Position numbers and translations under genes: made by a program | Source of the DNA: Eledone cirrhosa | Taxonomy: Eukaryota | Direction of reading: 5' to 3' | DNA length: 64,000 bases | NCBI GenBank assembly: GCA_964016885.1 | Contig: OZ024743.1 | Span: 187,302,001-187,366,000, forward strand | The notes under the pieces: model-generated | What the model was told of the DNA's origin: nothing | Database searches by the model: none | Seen by the model: only the letters and a program-made list of their open reading frames with translations | In this document: positions 12,471-27,200 of the stretch, piece after piece | Position numbering within the stretch: the first letter of the stretch is position 1 | How the letters are laid out: each line of letters opens with the position of its first letter

Positions 12471-15400
12471 CGATAGAAACACATTAACAAAATGGTTTAA
12501 GCCTTAAGACCAAAACAGAAATTTAATATAAATTACAGATCTATCAATTTGTAAAATTAAAATGTTGTTATTTTACTCAGTACTGGCATAGGAACTTGTT
12601 ATTCACATCTAATATTAAAATGTTCTGCATCACTGACATCTCTTATTGGGTTAACTTTATTTAGTAACAATAAGAAACAAACTAACAGCTCTTTGCAGAT
12701 CTACAAAGATTCCTCATCATTTTGTATCAGGAAGTGTTCAGTTGAACGAAAGTGTATGGTTTAGTGACAAGGACATTGGACTCATGATGGTAAGGTCATG
12801 GGTTCAATTCCCAGATTGGGGGGCAGTAGGTCTACGACCAAGGACCTTCATTTCATATTGTAATAATCAACTGGAAAGGTGAGTTCCAGTAGCATCAACA
12901 GCTGAGGATTAATCTTGTGATGGCTAACTGGCCTTTCCAGTCTGTCACAAAATCCCTTACCTCTTAATGAAACTGTGATAAGCTCTGGCCTGATAAACAT
13001 TTAGGTTTGAGATATCATCATCATCATTGTTTAATGTCCATTTTCTACTCTAGCATATTTATTCAACTGAATCACCAAAAATTTGTTTCACTCAAGTCAC
13101 ATCCTCTTTCTCATCATCTATTTAATAAATGCTTCATTGTAGAAGCTAGTAAGAGGTGCTTATAATCCTAATAAAATCTAATTTTTCTAAGTCATTACAT
13201 AAAATAACCTATCACATTGTTTTTTTTTCTTTCAAATGTAGGCTGCATAACTTCTCTATACATTTTGTTAGAATTCTGGTTTGATGTGGAGAGTTGTATA
13301 TTGCTCCCAAGCTATTGGCTACAATCCATTACCACTGTTCTCTTAGGAAAAGTGAAAAGTGAATCTAGCTTTCACTTTTTCTACTTGTTTGGCTTAATGT
13401 TTTAAAGCTAGTGTTGCAGATAAATGATCATTGCATTCCAGTTTACCATAATAGATAGAAAGGGGTGGCTTTTGAAGTGGGAGTCTATGGCCATTCTTTG
13501 TGGCAATGCCTTTTTGCCATTTTGTCCATGGGGCACATCTGAAACATTGCTCAGACTGGAGTGTAGTGTCTGTTTCTCCCCCTTTCCCTTTCTTTCATTG
13601 CTTAATTCTTTTTTTATTTTTCTTCATTTCATTTCCTTTTTTTGTTCCCTTTAATAGGGTTTGTTTTTATATAAACAGCGTCGTAAAAGAAAATAGTGGA
13701 CATTTTCCAAAAAGAAAAGAAAAAAGAAAACCGATAGAAAGGTAAAATAGACATAAAAACTAGAAAATTCTACCAATATAGAATGCTAATGGCCAAATTA
13801 ACATGGTATTTGATGATGATCAGCTAATAGATTTATAGGTGATAACTGAGTGGTGCATTTAATCCCTGAAAACACCAGGGTATCAAACTGTCAAGCACAT
13901 GGGGTAGTATATTTGATAGATATGCATCTAATCAAAATACTGGTTGAAATGCTCTCTCTCATTCTTTTAATACCATGACACCATATCTAAGCCCCTAGAG
14001 CTTCATTTAGTGACTGCTTTGAAATTTCTAGTTTTATTTAATAACTGCTGTAAAAGCTATAGTTTCAATTACTCTAGTCTGAAAGGGATTGAAACTAAAA
14101 TTTGATAACCAAATCAATGATAACAAACAAAATCAATATTTTAGCAGCTCATAAAAATTAATGACTGGCTGGTCTTTATCTTTCTTGAATCTGCATATGC
14201 AATTTTGTAACTGTTTCTATAGTTTCCTCTGAATCAAGTCCCATGTCAATTGCTTGTCTCCTCTCCACATCTTCTCTCAAAAGTACTGCAATAGAAAGCT
14301 ATTAAATATACCAAAGGCAAAGAGTCATCAAGTTATTTAATAATGAATCCTTTCATGGCATTTTACATTAATTGAAACATTAGTGATACATTCAGTGATA
14401 TGATGATAGCAATAATAACCTTTCCTGCCATTTGGTGATTTCTTATTCAAATGATTTACAACACTTCTCTCCCTTAATGTTGTCCTTTTTCAGAAATCCT
14501 CTTTTTGCAGGAACTTTTAAATGCTTTCTAGTTGATGCTTTAATTTGTTTCTCATTTTGGTATTAATCTGCTTCCAATCACTAAAATGCCTATTTCCGTG
14601 AGTGTATTTTTCCATTAAGCATTAACACCAAGCTACTTATATCTCACATTCAATACAGCAGTGATTTAATGTTTTGTGCATTGAAAGAAGAAGGATCCTT
14701 AATGAACAGCTTTAATTTCAGATTTTAACATGTTTAGCATATTTTGTTTATAATTCTTCTTTCTCAAATCTTCACAGAGTATTGGCAGAAGCATTGGAGC
14801 ATTGGATGATAAAATACCTTGCAGTATCTATTCCAGCTTCTTGTTTTCTGAGTTAAAATCCTGTCAATGGTAACTTTGCTTTACATCCTTTCATAGTCAA
14901 TAATCAAAGCAATGGACTTTCAGAATTGTTAGAGCATCAAATGAGGGACCTTGTGGTGTTTAATCCAGTTCTTCGGGTTCAGTGTTCAAGTATCACCATG
15001 GTCTGTTTAGATAGCAGACTCAATTTGTCACCCAGTTGAATATGATCACCCAATACTTTGGTGTCTTTTCTAGAGTCCACTCTATTGCAGGGGTATTTGG
15101 GGTCATATCTCCAATTTGAGGATTCCTTTTCTTCTCTCCCCTACCAGTCCTAGAGGTGCTGAAAAGTACCAGGAGGACTGTTTGCTTCTGACTAATCAAC
15201 GAAAACAGAAAAAAAGTTAAAACAGGTACTAGTAAAGAAAAAGACTAATTAGGTTTGAAATTAAACCACCAGATGTATTCAAATCATTTCCAGGCTTGCC
15301 ATTTTGTTATCTTTCACCAAAGAACCCTTTATTCTACATGCATCTATTTAAATAATTGTTGAAAATAGTTACCAAATTTATTTTCTATCTATTTAAGTAC

Positions 15401-16696
15401 TAAAGAAATGAAAGTTAAATATTGGTCTTATGGAAACTTTAAACGCATTAATTGCTGAATTGTATAATATGGTATATATGCACCCATAACTCCTGGTGGA
15501 GTTGTAGAGGTGCTGTGGTGACATACATGTCTTGAGCATTTTAAACCTGGTGGAGCCCATCCCCTCTTCAGGTCAGAACACAACTGATTTCTTCCAGAGA
15601 GAGAGAGGAAATGTGAAAGAGATATAGAAAAAGAATTGACCCTTGTACATTACTGGTACTGTTTTTTATTGACCTCAAAAGAATGAAATGCAAAGTTAAC
15701 CATGACAGGTTTTGAACTCAGAGTGCAGAGAGCTGGGACAAATACCAGAAATCATTCTATTCAATATTCAAATAACCTTGCCAATTCCCCACCTCAGTTG
15801 TATATTAGGATGCCAATATCTTATTCCTAGATCACAAGGTCTATATGATTTTATGAAGAGTGATAGACTGCAGTGAATGAACTTCAATAGATATCCAATA
15901 CTTGTTCTATTGAAAACTACAGTTTTACTTGGACGACTATAGCATTCAGACTGACACAACATGTTTCTGACAATTTCTACCTGAGCATATTAATATATAT
16001 AGTAAAAGTAACATACATCATCATTGTACTGTTTTGTTCTCCTGTATTGTTTCTCCTTGTTGACCTTTCTCATGTATAAAGTTATTAGCTCTTTCTCTAG
16101 TAACATACGCACACACACACACATGCATGCCTGCATACACACACACGCATATATATATTCTTTTAATCTTATATTGGTTTCAATCATTGGACTGAGGCTT
16201 TCTTGGGGCACTACCTGCAAAAGTTTATAGTTGATCATATTGACTCCAGCACTTTTCTCCTAAGTGTGGTACTTATTGTATCAAACTCTATTTGTCGAAC
16301 CACTAAGTCATAGGGTATATAAACAAACAGCAACGTAAGCACACACATTGCTATACAGAACCACATTCATGTAAACATTGTACTGTTAAGGAAAGATATT
16401 GACGAATCAGTAAGAAATATTTATTAAACCATATATACTTATCTCTTATATATAGACATGATGAATTTCATGAGGAATTAGATACATCAATGTAAATAAA
16501 CTAATCAAACTATTTATTCAATAGTTCTAACCCCACAGGAAGATACATTTCTCAACCTCTCAGAAAATACACTTTGCCTAGACCTAATTACAGTTTCAAC
16601 ATCATTACCAGGTTCCACTTACAATTGAAATATATCCAAAATAGACAAAAGTTAAAAACAAACCCTAAAAATCTTTAAAATAAACATTTTATAAAG

Positions 16697-17081
16697 ACCT
16701 ATTCCATGTGTCTAACACCCATAGGTGTACCTACAAAGTCAGAAAAGAGCCCAGCTCCCATGACATTTGGAAGCATCTTTTCACACTCAGAGTTGCTGAA
16801 GCATAGAACAAACTACCTGCGTCGGTTGTTAAGTGTCGGGACACTGCATCCATCAAAACTTCCATGCTTCCCGAAATTCGCCAACACTGCACCTGATATT
16901 CCAGCTCCATACACACGCATGTATGTGTCTGTGTGTATATAATGACTCATACACTGTTCACTTTCCTGACATTTGTACATTATTCTATGTACTCTACATG
17001 CACCTTTGATGAGTTGTAGTGCACCTGAGCGTTATACACAATTATTTCATTATTATTATTATTTTTATTTTTATTATTATT
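16697..17081 (+). mobile_element. 3' fragment of a CR1/L2-type LINE ending in (ATT)n
   Basis: Frame not in the ORF track: KHLFTLRVAEA*NKLPASVVKCRDTASIKTS, matching the CR1 C-terminal FFxxRVxxxWNxLPxxVV motif. A short 3' UTR and ATT repeats follow. Confidence 0.75.
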
Positions 17082-20000
17082 GGTCTGATCGGACGTCTTT
17101 TTGCTCGCTCTCGTAAGTCTCTTTATTTACCTATCATAAATTATTTATTGTTAAATTTTTGTTGTTGTGTAAGGGATATAGGCCCTTGGACTTTGCCTTG
17201 TGAGGGGGAAAGTATAATATTTGGGCCTTTTGGTCCAAATATTTGAACTTTTTACATTTAAAAATTATCGAAAAAAAAACCAAAACATGGCTGAGCCATG
17301 CCCCCCAGTGATATCTCTGCTGTTACAACGACCTAAAAGTTGAGAAGAGGGTTACGGTGAACACAGAAATCGATACAACAAACACCACCACAAACAACGT
17401 GAACAAAGACAGCATTGACAACAACACTGAGAAAACTAATTTTGAAAAAAATGACCACACCAACCACAACAGTAACCGCGACAACAAAAATACAGACGAC
17501 AGAAAAAATGACAACAAATGCAACAACAATATTAACACCACTAACATGAAAACAAATAGCGACAACACCAACAGCAAGAGAACAACAACAACAGCGGCAC
17601 CAAAGACACAACCAACGGCAACAGTGATAACAGCAACAACATCAACAACAACATTTGTAGTAGTAGCAACAGCACCAACAACAAGACCCGTAGCAGTAGT
17701 AGCAGCGGCAATAATGATGCCACTGAAAAAGGGACCAACGTAGAAACAGTCCTGATCACAGAGGAGGAGTTGGCGGTCACCAGACACATTCTAACAAGAA
17801 ATGAATTTTCAGTGTCCTTGAAACCACCAACCGACTTCCTGGAGGTACAAGAGCCACACAGTGTCATACCGCATGATTGCCACGAAAACGCGTCGTGTGG
17901 AGAGAGCCTCGGAGGCCCAAGTCCAGAAGGCCTTGGGAACTGTGTGGGCACGAAAAACCCACATCACCCGTGGGAAGAAATATGCTACCGTCGACGTCCT
18001 TTTTGCTACCACCCAGGAAGCAAAATCGCAATAACTGAGGACCCCATGGAGTGATGACATAATATTAGTCCTGTTTTACTGCGGGAAAAAAATTGCAAAG
18101 GTCAGGGTAACCCAGATCCCAACCTACGTACCCGTGCCTTGGCTGGTCATGTCTGTTCTTGCGGGCATCGAGGTCCGATATTGGAATGGAGATGCTCATC
18201 CAAACTGATTAGGACTGCATCAGCGCTATTCCCGACGTAATAAAACTCGGGAATGGCTCCCAACTTCCCATATCTGTGGGAGGAAGGCGTCCAAAGTGTT
18301 TCAACTGTGGATCGAGGTCTTACCTCGGGGCTTTCTGCCGACAGAAAATAACAAAGGCGAAGGTCCGCCTCCTTCCAACGCCGGAACCGCTGCTATCAGA
18401 AACAGAGCAGTCAGCGAAAAAGTCAGGAGCTTCTACAGAGAGTAGGAGGACAACGTCCGTGGCGCCCACACCAAGGCCACGGACAACAAAAACAGCGGCG
18501 GAAACTGCAGCAACAGAAACAGTTGCACTAGCTGCACCTGTGCCAAGAACGACAGACCAAGTTCCACCACCACCACCACCAACAACAACAAAGACAAATG
18601 AGAGGGTAGAACTCATACCCCTCCCCGACCTCTCACAGTCAGACATGGAGTATGAGGTGGCTGAGGAGTGGAAAACGGTTGTCAACAAAAGAAAAAAAAC
18701 AAACGCAAAAACACCACAGCTTCTCCCCCCAAAAGCGAAGGCAAAGAAAGAGCGGTAAAGGCTGCAAAGAGACTTGCAGCAACACCACCACCATCACCAC
18801 CACCACCACCACAAGCAACACCATCAACAACTACCACACTCCCACCAGCATCACCAAAAACACCAACATCACAAGCACAACAAAGCACCCCACAACCAAA
18901 AGCAACAACAGGAAAACAGCAACAAAATCAACACCACCTTCCCCAAAAAATGTACACAGCCATAAATATCACACACAAAGGATTAATGGAACATATAAAA
19001 CAACACACAGACATTACAGACATAAATTATCACACCCCACCAACACCAAGAACATTACCAAAAAATATTAACATTGTAGAAATGAAACTCGAAGATTACA
19101 AACAATTAAAACAAAAATTCCCCAAGGCAGTTGGGGATTTCAGGGAGTCACTCTCCAAAAGAATCTATGCAGATATCATCTTGGAGACACCCATGACCAG
19201 ATAAAGGGACGGTTCTACTGTCCCTTCCCCACACGATCAAGGTAAATAATCCTTTATCACTTACCCCGTTCCTCACCCAGCATGGCCGTACTCAGAATAG
19301 GCAGTGTAAATGTACGTGGAAGCAGAGTCACCGGCTCAACGACCTCAGGTCCCTAAACATAGATGTGGTGACCATCAGTGAGACCAGAATCTCCGAAGCA
19401 TGAGCCTTTGCACCAATCTTCGGTGGCTACGATGAATACGCATCTCCCAGCCGTCCGGGATCGGGGGGGGGGGGGGGGAAGTTGCTGTGCTTTTTCTGAG
19501 AGGCTTGGATCTCGCCATACGCGCCATCTTCCTGGACCCAGAAGGTAAGTCGGTGGTGCCGGAAGTGACCGGCAGCAAAGGCAATGCTTTCAGGCTAATA
19601 GCTGTCTACGCCCAACTGGGGCTGGACGGCCAGATTTCTTCAGACGTCTAGAGACCTTTCTTGGAACGTCTCGCTCTTTAGTGTTAGTGGATGACTGGAA
19701 GGGTATCTTAGATGCACGCTGGGATTATGTGGGGCTAGTAGACTGGGGAGGAGGGTGTTAAAGCCTCAACAACCTGCTCAAATGTTTTGAAGTGTCTGAC
19801 AGGTATAGACTGGATTATCCGAATGTGCCAATGTGGACATGGGCAAACCGCATCGGGTCACCCAGATCGTATTTAGATAGGGTATTTTGTAGGGAAACAG
19901 ATAAGGCTAGTGTAGGTTGTCCACAATTTAAAGTAGTCGACTACACCGACCACAAATTTGTGATCTGTGAAGTTGAATTAGATAGACTTATTGGAAGCTG

Positions 20001-22810
20001 AACGCCTTGTTCCTGGCCCTTACAGAGACCAGATTAGGGAATTAGTTAAGTGTGCGTTGGCGGGTGCGAACGTCAACAACAGGTGGTGGTTTACCCTGAA
20101 AAGGGCTATCAGAGTAGAATTGATAAGGTTCAGCAAAGGAGTAGTGATAGAGGAAAATAGAATAGAGGGAGAGTTAGTTAGAAAGCTAGAAGAGGTGTTT
20201 AGGGCAGGCATCGCAACCGACGTGCTTGCGGCGAAATTGGCACTTGACTAATTCTTCAACTGCGTTGTCAGAGCTAGAGCGCGTGCTCTAAGACACGAGG
20301 GGACGAAAGCCGTTCAATGGGCCCGGATGGTGGAGGCGCGACGTGGCAACAAGTCCACAATTCGATCTTTGCCTGATCAAAACGGGTGCATGTTGCTAGA
20401 ACCCGAGCAGACGTGTGCGGCTTTTCTATATCACTTTGCTCAATTGTTCGGGAGTGGCGGCGGGCCGGATCAGAGTATGGACTTTGGTGCATAACTCGAC
20501 GGACATTCACGAACTCCACGACTGCAGCGCAGTGCTGCGAAAAGCCGATAACAGTAAGTGAAATACGGGAAGCGATGTCTGACTGCATGAGGGGTAAATC
20601 GCCAGGTTTGGATGGTCTGCCCTACGAGCTTTATGCGTACATGCCAGATATGTTTGGCGACTTCTTGGTAGATGTCTACTGCAACTGGCAGCAAAAGAAA
20701 AGCATTCCCAGTTTTGTGAGCCGCGAAGTGGTGGCGCTGCTGAGAAAACACCCGAACAAGGGGGACGTTATAGACAACTTCAGGCCCATAACTCTGCTAA
20801 ACGCAGAGTTTAAGATTTTGGTCAAGGTTATAGAAAAGAGATTGGCGCTTGTCATCGGTGAACTGGTGGGAAAGGTGAAGACATGCGCCATTCCGGACAG
20901 ATCCATCCACGACAACCTCCATCTCATGCGATACATCATAGAGAGTGTAGTTAAGGAACCTGGCACGGGTGGGGCCTTGATCATCTTGGATCAATCTAAA
21001 GCATTTGATAGGGTCAACCATCGGTACCTGGCTGCGGTCCTTGAGGCCACCGGTATCGGGCCCGTTTTTAGGGGCTCGATCGCTGCGATACACAGCGACA
21101 TCAGCTCGATTGTGAGGGTGAATGGTCACCTGTCGCAGCCATTCAGCATCATGCGTTCAGTCCGCCAGGGATGTCCCCTCTCATCCCTCTTGTATGTTAC
21201 TGCACAAATTGGAGACAATGATGGGGGTCTCACGCGAGCTGGGATGCGGGAGATCCGTGTCAGCACGTGTCCAGATGCTCGGTACCACTCTCAAGGAATA
21301 CGAAGCGGTGACAGGAGCAAAGATATATCAGGAAAAGTCGGTGGGCTTCCAACTTGGCACTTGGAGAGGCAAGCCCATGCCGTCCGACAGCGTCATGGGC
21401 GCTGGACGGAAGGACTGGTTAAATTGCTCGGGTTCTGGTTCGGTGCGGACCTCCAGATGGAGAAAAGTGGAGTGGGGTGACGAGCAGGGTGGCCTCTCTC
21501 ACCCAGAAATGAGGTGGCGAATGCGTACATTGCGTCCGTCATCTGCAACCGCCTGACCGTCGTACCTTGCCCTCGTCCAACTCTGACCAAAATGGAATGC
21601 CTTTTCTTTCGCTTTTTGTGGAAAAGACGTGCTCCCATGGTCAGACGTTCCATCTGTTGTCAACACCCGTAGCATGGAGAACTAGGCATGCCGTTGCTGA
21701 TGTGCGCAAAGATGCGCTGAAGCTGCGACATCTCTGGTGCTTCCTTGATGGTGAACAGGTGTGGTCACCGTTTGCCAGACGTGCTTTTCCCCAGCTCGTC
21801 TCCTTGACGGAGCTGCAGTCCTGGATCAGGAAAAGACCGAGGGATAGCGCTTGGAAGCTGGAATGTCTCCAAGCGCTCACCGCCCTCTACCAGCTGGGTA
21901 CTAGTAACGGTGGAACATCCACCTCGGCTTTCTATAGAGGGCTAGTGGAGGGGAAGAGCGACGACATTCTCGGGGAGACTCTGGGCATCGAAGACGATCA
22001 GCTGTTCGCTCTCTTCAAGAGAACTTTCAGCCCGCGGCCTATGGACAACTTCCAGAAAACCTTGGCCTGGCAGTGCTACCGGGGAGCGTTCCCGCTTCGA
22101 CATTGGCTCTACAGCACGGAAGTGCCGTCAGCCGAACCTGTCTAAGATGCGCACAGAGTGACGAAACAGTTGTGCAGGCACGCGTTCAGTGTCCGAGCAT
22201 TGCTGACTTGTGGAGCTATGCTGAACATTTGCTGTCATGTGTAGGACGGATCCCGTTATCGACTGAGTTCATTTTGCAGATAACCCGCCGTCCTCCTTTA
22301 AGGAGGAGGAAGGGCAGGCAGTTTTCATCTGCCTGGTGGCCATGGCGAAGGGGGGATTGTGTGGTGGACAAGATTGAAAGGGTTGAAGCGGACACTTTCC
22401 TCTCCGGCCAATCCCTGATTAACTTTTTCAAGTTACACTTGAAGAGGAAAATCAGGGTGGAGAGGCAAGTGCTGTCTTCTAGTAAGTTTTCTGAGAGGTG
22501 GGTGAAAGTGGCGAGTCTGGTCCGAGTGAACGGGTCCGCTCTGAGACTGAGGAGTGGGAAAAGTGAGAGAGGGTGCTTGCCCTGGTGATCAGGGTGGCCG
22601 TGGTCTTTTATGTGGTTTTCACCACGAGTGACCCTCGGAGGTTTCCCCCTTCTTGGGGAATTTTTGTTGTTTGAATTTTTTTGGATTTCTAGCCCGATTT
22701 TGTTATAACCTGTTTACACGACCAAAACCCACTTTGTATGGTCCTGTACTGTTCTGTGCCGTCTCTAATGTTTTTCTCCGTGTCAGCCCTTGTGGCCAAT
22801 AAAGAAACCA
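17082..22810 (+). mobile_element. Tx1/L1-clade LINE copy 1, near full length, decayed
   Basis: ORF1 pieces (17357-19204) include a zinc knuckle RRPKCFNCGSRSYLGAFC. ORF2 from ~19282 has APE (SYLDR, TDHK), RT (KSPGLDGLPYE, FRPITLLN, DQSKAFDRV, RQGCPLS) and a C-terminal CLRC..C. AATAAA at 22798. (ATT)n on both sides. Confidence 0.92.
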
Positions 22811-22829
22811 TATTATTATTATTATTATT

Positions 22830-24227
22830 GTTCTTTGAGTCTCAGTCATTGATGTTATTTAACTGGAAAGTTTGTTGAAATGAATATCAAGCCACTACCT
22901 ACAGCCTCAGATATCCAAGACGTATCGTAGGGTTCTTGCTGTTCCCAGCAAGCATGCCTTTTGAAGTGTTCCAAAAAGCGGGACGGGACCAATTTTCTTT
23001 AACCATCCTTGGAAACACTTTGAGATAGTAGCTAGTGCGCCTATCACAATTGGGACCACTTTGACCTCATGGCAGTCCCAAATCCTTTTTACCTCCCACT
23101 TTAAGTCCTGGTATCGGTTAATTTTCTCCCTCTCCTTCTCTTGCACTCTCGTGTCAAATGGGCAGGCCACACCCACAATCAGGCACGATCTTTTTCCCTT
23201 GTCCAAAACCACCAGGTCAGGTCTGTTGTGTTCCAGTTTCTTGTCCGTCTGTATCCTAAAATCCCACAGTACCTTCACCTGATCGTTTTCTATCACCGAC
23301 TCTGGCTTATGCTCATCAGCCTCCAGAACGCCCAAATACTTGTATCGTTCTTCAGAGTCAATTTCCTTTATCATCTCACCTGTTGGTTCCTGGATTCCGT
23401 TGCTTCTGCTCAATTTACCCCTCTTCATCACAAGGACTCAACACTTACTAATACCAAATTGCATACGTATATCATTGCTGAAAATACGGACAGTGTCAAC
23501 AAGCACACCCAACACCTTCTCACTCTTTCCACAGAGCTTAAGATCATCCATGAAGAGGAGGTGATTGATGGTAAGCTCTCCCTTTCCCAACTTGTATCCT
23601 GCTCTCACTTTTCGCAGTATAATGGTCAGGGGGATCAGGGCAAGGACAAACAACAGAGGGGACAAACTATCTCCCTGGAAGATACCTCTCTTGATCTTCA
23701 CGCCTCCCAAGGATTCTCCAGTTGATGTCAACTCTGTCTCCCAGGACCCCATACTCCTGCCCAGCAACTGTCTGATGTTATCTGCCACCTTGAAGATCTC
23801 TAGGCTTTTGGTTATCCAAGAATGAGGTACCATGTCGAATGCCTTTTTGTAGTCTATGCATCCCATGGCAAGAGCAGTGTGTCTCCTCCAGCAATTCTTC
23901 ATTACCATCTTATCATAAGTAACTGGTCTTTTGTACCACGGGACTTCTTTCGGCATCCTTTCTCTTCGTCCGGTAACAAGTTGTTTATGTGGAGGTGATG
24001 GTAGATTTCCTCAGACACAATGCTTGTTAACAGTTTCCACATTAAGGACAGATATGTGATAGGTCTATAGTTGGTAACATCATTACCCTTGGTTCGGTCT
24101 TTCATTACCAAAACTGTGGTACCTTTTGTCAACCACTCTGGTACCTCACCTGACATCAAGCAGTCATTGAACATGGTTGTCAGTTTCGGGTGGAAGGATG
24201 TTATATTTTTAATCAAATACCCCTGCA
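22830..24227 (-). mobile_element. R4/Dong-type RLE retrotransposon, family A, copy 0; 5'-truncated with an internal deletion
   Basis: RT ([26 protein letters not shown]) is fused directly to the RLE domain (RPDLVV..RYQDL). Flanked by (ATT)n. Confidence 0.92.
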
Positions 24228-24251
24228 ATTATTATTATTATTATTATTATT

Positions 24252-27200
24252 CCTTGAATCTCAGTCATTGATATTGGTTAACTGGAAAGTCCGTTGGAAT
24301 GAATATCAAGCCATTACCTGCAGCCTCAGATATTCAGGACGTATCGGAGGGTTCTTGCTGTTCCCAGCAAGCATGCCTTTTGAAGCGTTCCAAAAAGCGT
24401 GAGGGGCCGATTTTCTTTAACCATCCCTGGAAACTTTTGGAGATAGTCCCCAGTGCGCCTATGACAATCGGGATCACTTTGACTTCATGGCATTTCCAAA
24501 TCCTTTTTACCTCCCACTTTAAGTCCTGGTATCGGTTAATTTTCTCCCTCTCCTTCTCTTGCACTCTCGTGTCGAATGGGAAGGCCACATCCACAATCAG
24601 ACACGATCTTTTTTCTTTGTCCACAACCACCAGTTCAGGTCTATTGTGTTCCAGTTTCTTGTCCGTCTGTATCCTAAAATCCCACAGCACCTTCACCTGA
24701 TCGTTTTCTATCACCGACTCTGGCTTATGCTCATACCATTTCTCAGAATGTGGTAAATTGTTTACTTTGCACAGGTGCCAGTGGATCACCCTGCCCATCA
24801 CATCATGTCTCCAGCCCTTATAGTGGGTCTGGGCTAGGTGTTTACACTCGGATACAATGTGAGCCACAGTCTCCTCTCTCTCTCCACAGATCCTGCACAG
24901 TGGGCTAGCCTCCTCCTTGTAAATATGGTGTTTCAACCACTTCGTTTTGAGGGCCTGCTCCTGCGCAGCCATTAACATTCCTTCTGTAGCCTTTTTGAGG
25001 TCTCCTCTTCTCAACCTGTTCCATGTCTGTGGATCTCTAAATTCAGTTTTCTCAAAGAAGGTACTATGAAGGGATTTTCCCCGAAGGCTGCTCTTTCTCC
25101 TTGATGTTATTTCCTCCTTGGACATCCCCTGGCCTATTGTCCCCTACTTCAGTACAGTTCTGAGCATTGGCTCCTTACTATCAGTCACGTATTTGTATAG
25201 GTTGTTTTTCTCCATCTGATCTCCTTAGGTAGAGTCTATCGACATCACTCCTCTTGTGGAACATGTTGTAGATAGTCAATAGCTTCCTAGTCTTCCTATC
25301 CATTTCTTTTTGTTCAGCAACATTCCATCTCAGAATTCCCGCACTGTACCTAATAATAGACACAGCTCGGGAATTTACTGCACTTATGGCATTTCTGCTG
25401 TTCAGATGTGACTTCAATATGCTCCTTAGTCTCCGAATGTATTCAGTTCTTAACAATTCCTTCATTTTTTTGTTCTTTATGCCATCAGCCTCCAGAACGC
25501 CCAAATACTTGTATCCTTCCTCAGAGTCAATTTCCTTTATCACCTCACCTGTTGGTATCTGGATTCCGTTACTTCTGCTCAACTTACCCCTCCTCATCAC
25601 AATGACTCCACACTTACTAATACCAAACTGCATACATATATCACTGCTGAAAATACGGACAGTGTCTACAAGCACATCCAACTCCTTCTCACTCTTCCCG
25701 AAGAGCTTAAGATCGTCCACGAAGAGGAGGTGATTGATGGTAAGCTCTCCCTTTCCCAACTTGTATCCTGCTCTCACTTTTCGCAGCATATTGGTCAAGG
25801 GCATCAGGGCAAGGACAAACAACAGAGGGGACAGGCTATCTCCCTGGAAGATACCTCTCTTGATCTTCACGCTTCCCAAGGATTCTCCAGTTGATGTCAA
25901 CTCTGTCTCCCAGGACCCCATACTCCTGCCCAGCAACTGTCTGATGTTATCTGCCACCTTGAAGATCTCCAGGCTTTTGGTGATCCAAGAATGAGGCACC
26001 ATGTCAAATGCCTTTCTGTAGTCTATCCATCCCATGGCAAGATCAGTGCGTCTCCTCCTGCAATTCCCCATTACCATCTTATCAATAAGTAACTGGTCCT
26101 TTGTACCACGTGACTTCTTTCGGCATCCTTTCTGTTCGTCCGGTAACAAGTTGTTTGTGTGGAGGTGATGGTAGATTTCCTCAGACACAATGCTCGTCAA
26201 CAGTTTCTACATTATGGACAGACATGTGATAGGTCTATAGTTGGTAACATCATTACCCTTGATTCGGTTTTTCATTATCAGAACTGTGGTACCTTTTGTC
26301 AACCACTCTGGCACCTCACCCGACACCAAGCAGTCATTGAATATGGCTGTCAGTTTCGGGTGGAGGGATGTTAAATGTTTAATCCAATACCCCTGCACAC
26401 CATCTGGGCCTGGTGATTTCCAGTTGGTTAGTTTTTTGGCCTGCCCCTTAAGAGTTTCAACTGTGATACTCAAATCAGTTTGTTGGTGTGCCTGCTCACC
26501 GATCTCCCTCTGTACTGTCTCAATCCACCCTGCCTGGTCATTATGTCTAACATCCTGCTCCCATATTCCTCTCCAGAATGTTTTAGTTTGTTCCGCCTCA
26601 GGGATCAAGTCGTTGCCTCTTTCTTTCCCCTGAAGCTGTCCAAACAGCATCTTCTGGTTGTTGTCGAACATGCGGTTCTGTTTATACTGACTGACTCTGT
26701 TCTCGTATCGCCTGATTTTTGCACTCTTTGCTACAATGCGTTGCTTCAGTTCCTCTATGATAATATTTAGCCTTTTCCTCCTAGTTTTGTACTTTATTTC
26801 CAGTCTATTTTTAGTGCCTATGTTTTTTAGTGTCCCATTCAGTAGTGACTCAAGCTTTCCTATGTCATTTCTCATTTCCTTGATTTGACCACTCAATCGT
26901 TTCTTCCACCAAGGCTCTGCTCTTTCTTGTCTGTTGTTTCCTCTCGCTTTTATACCAAGTAGTTTCCTCACCGTATTTGCTGTTGCTTTGAGGATATTGT
27001 TGCACTGGTGAAGGCTCCTCGCCTCAAGGTATGGGATGACTTTGTTTACCTTAGCTGTTGTTTCTTTTAACTTTTTCCTGTCTACAAATCTTAGGTTCAT
27101 AGGTCTCCCACTATCATTGTTCAATTCATCTACCACTAAATTTAGGATGTCAACCGAATCTTGTCCTAGCCCGTCAGCATTCATCTCCTCAGTGGCCGTA

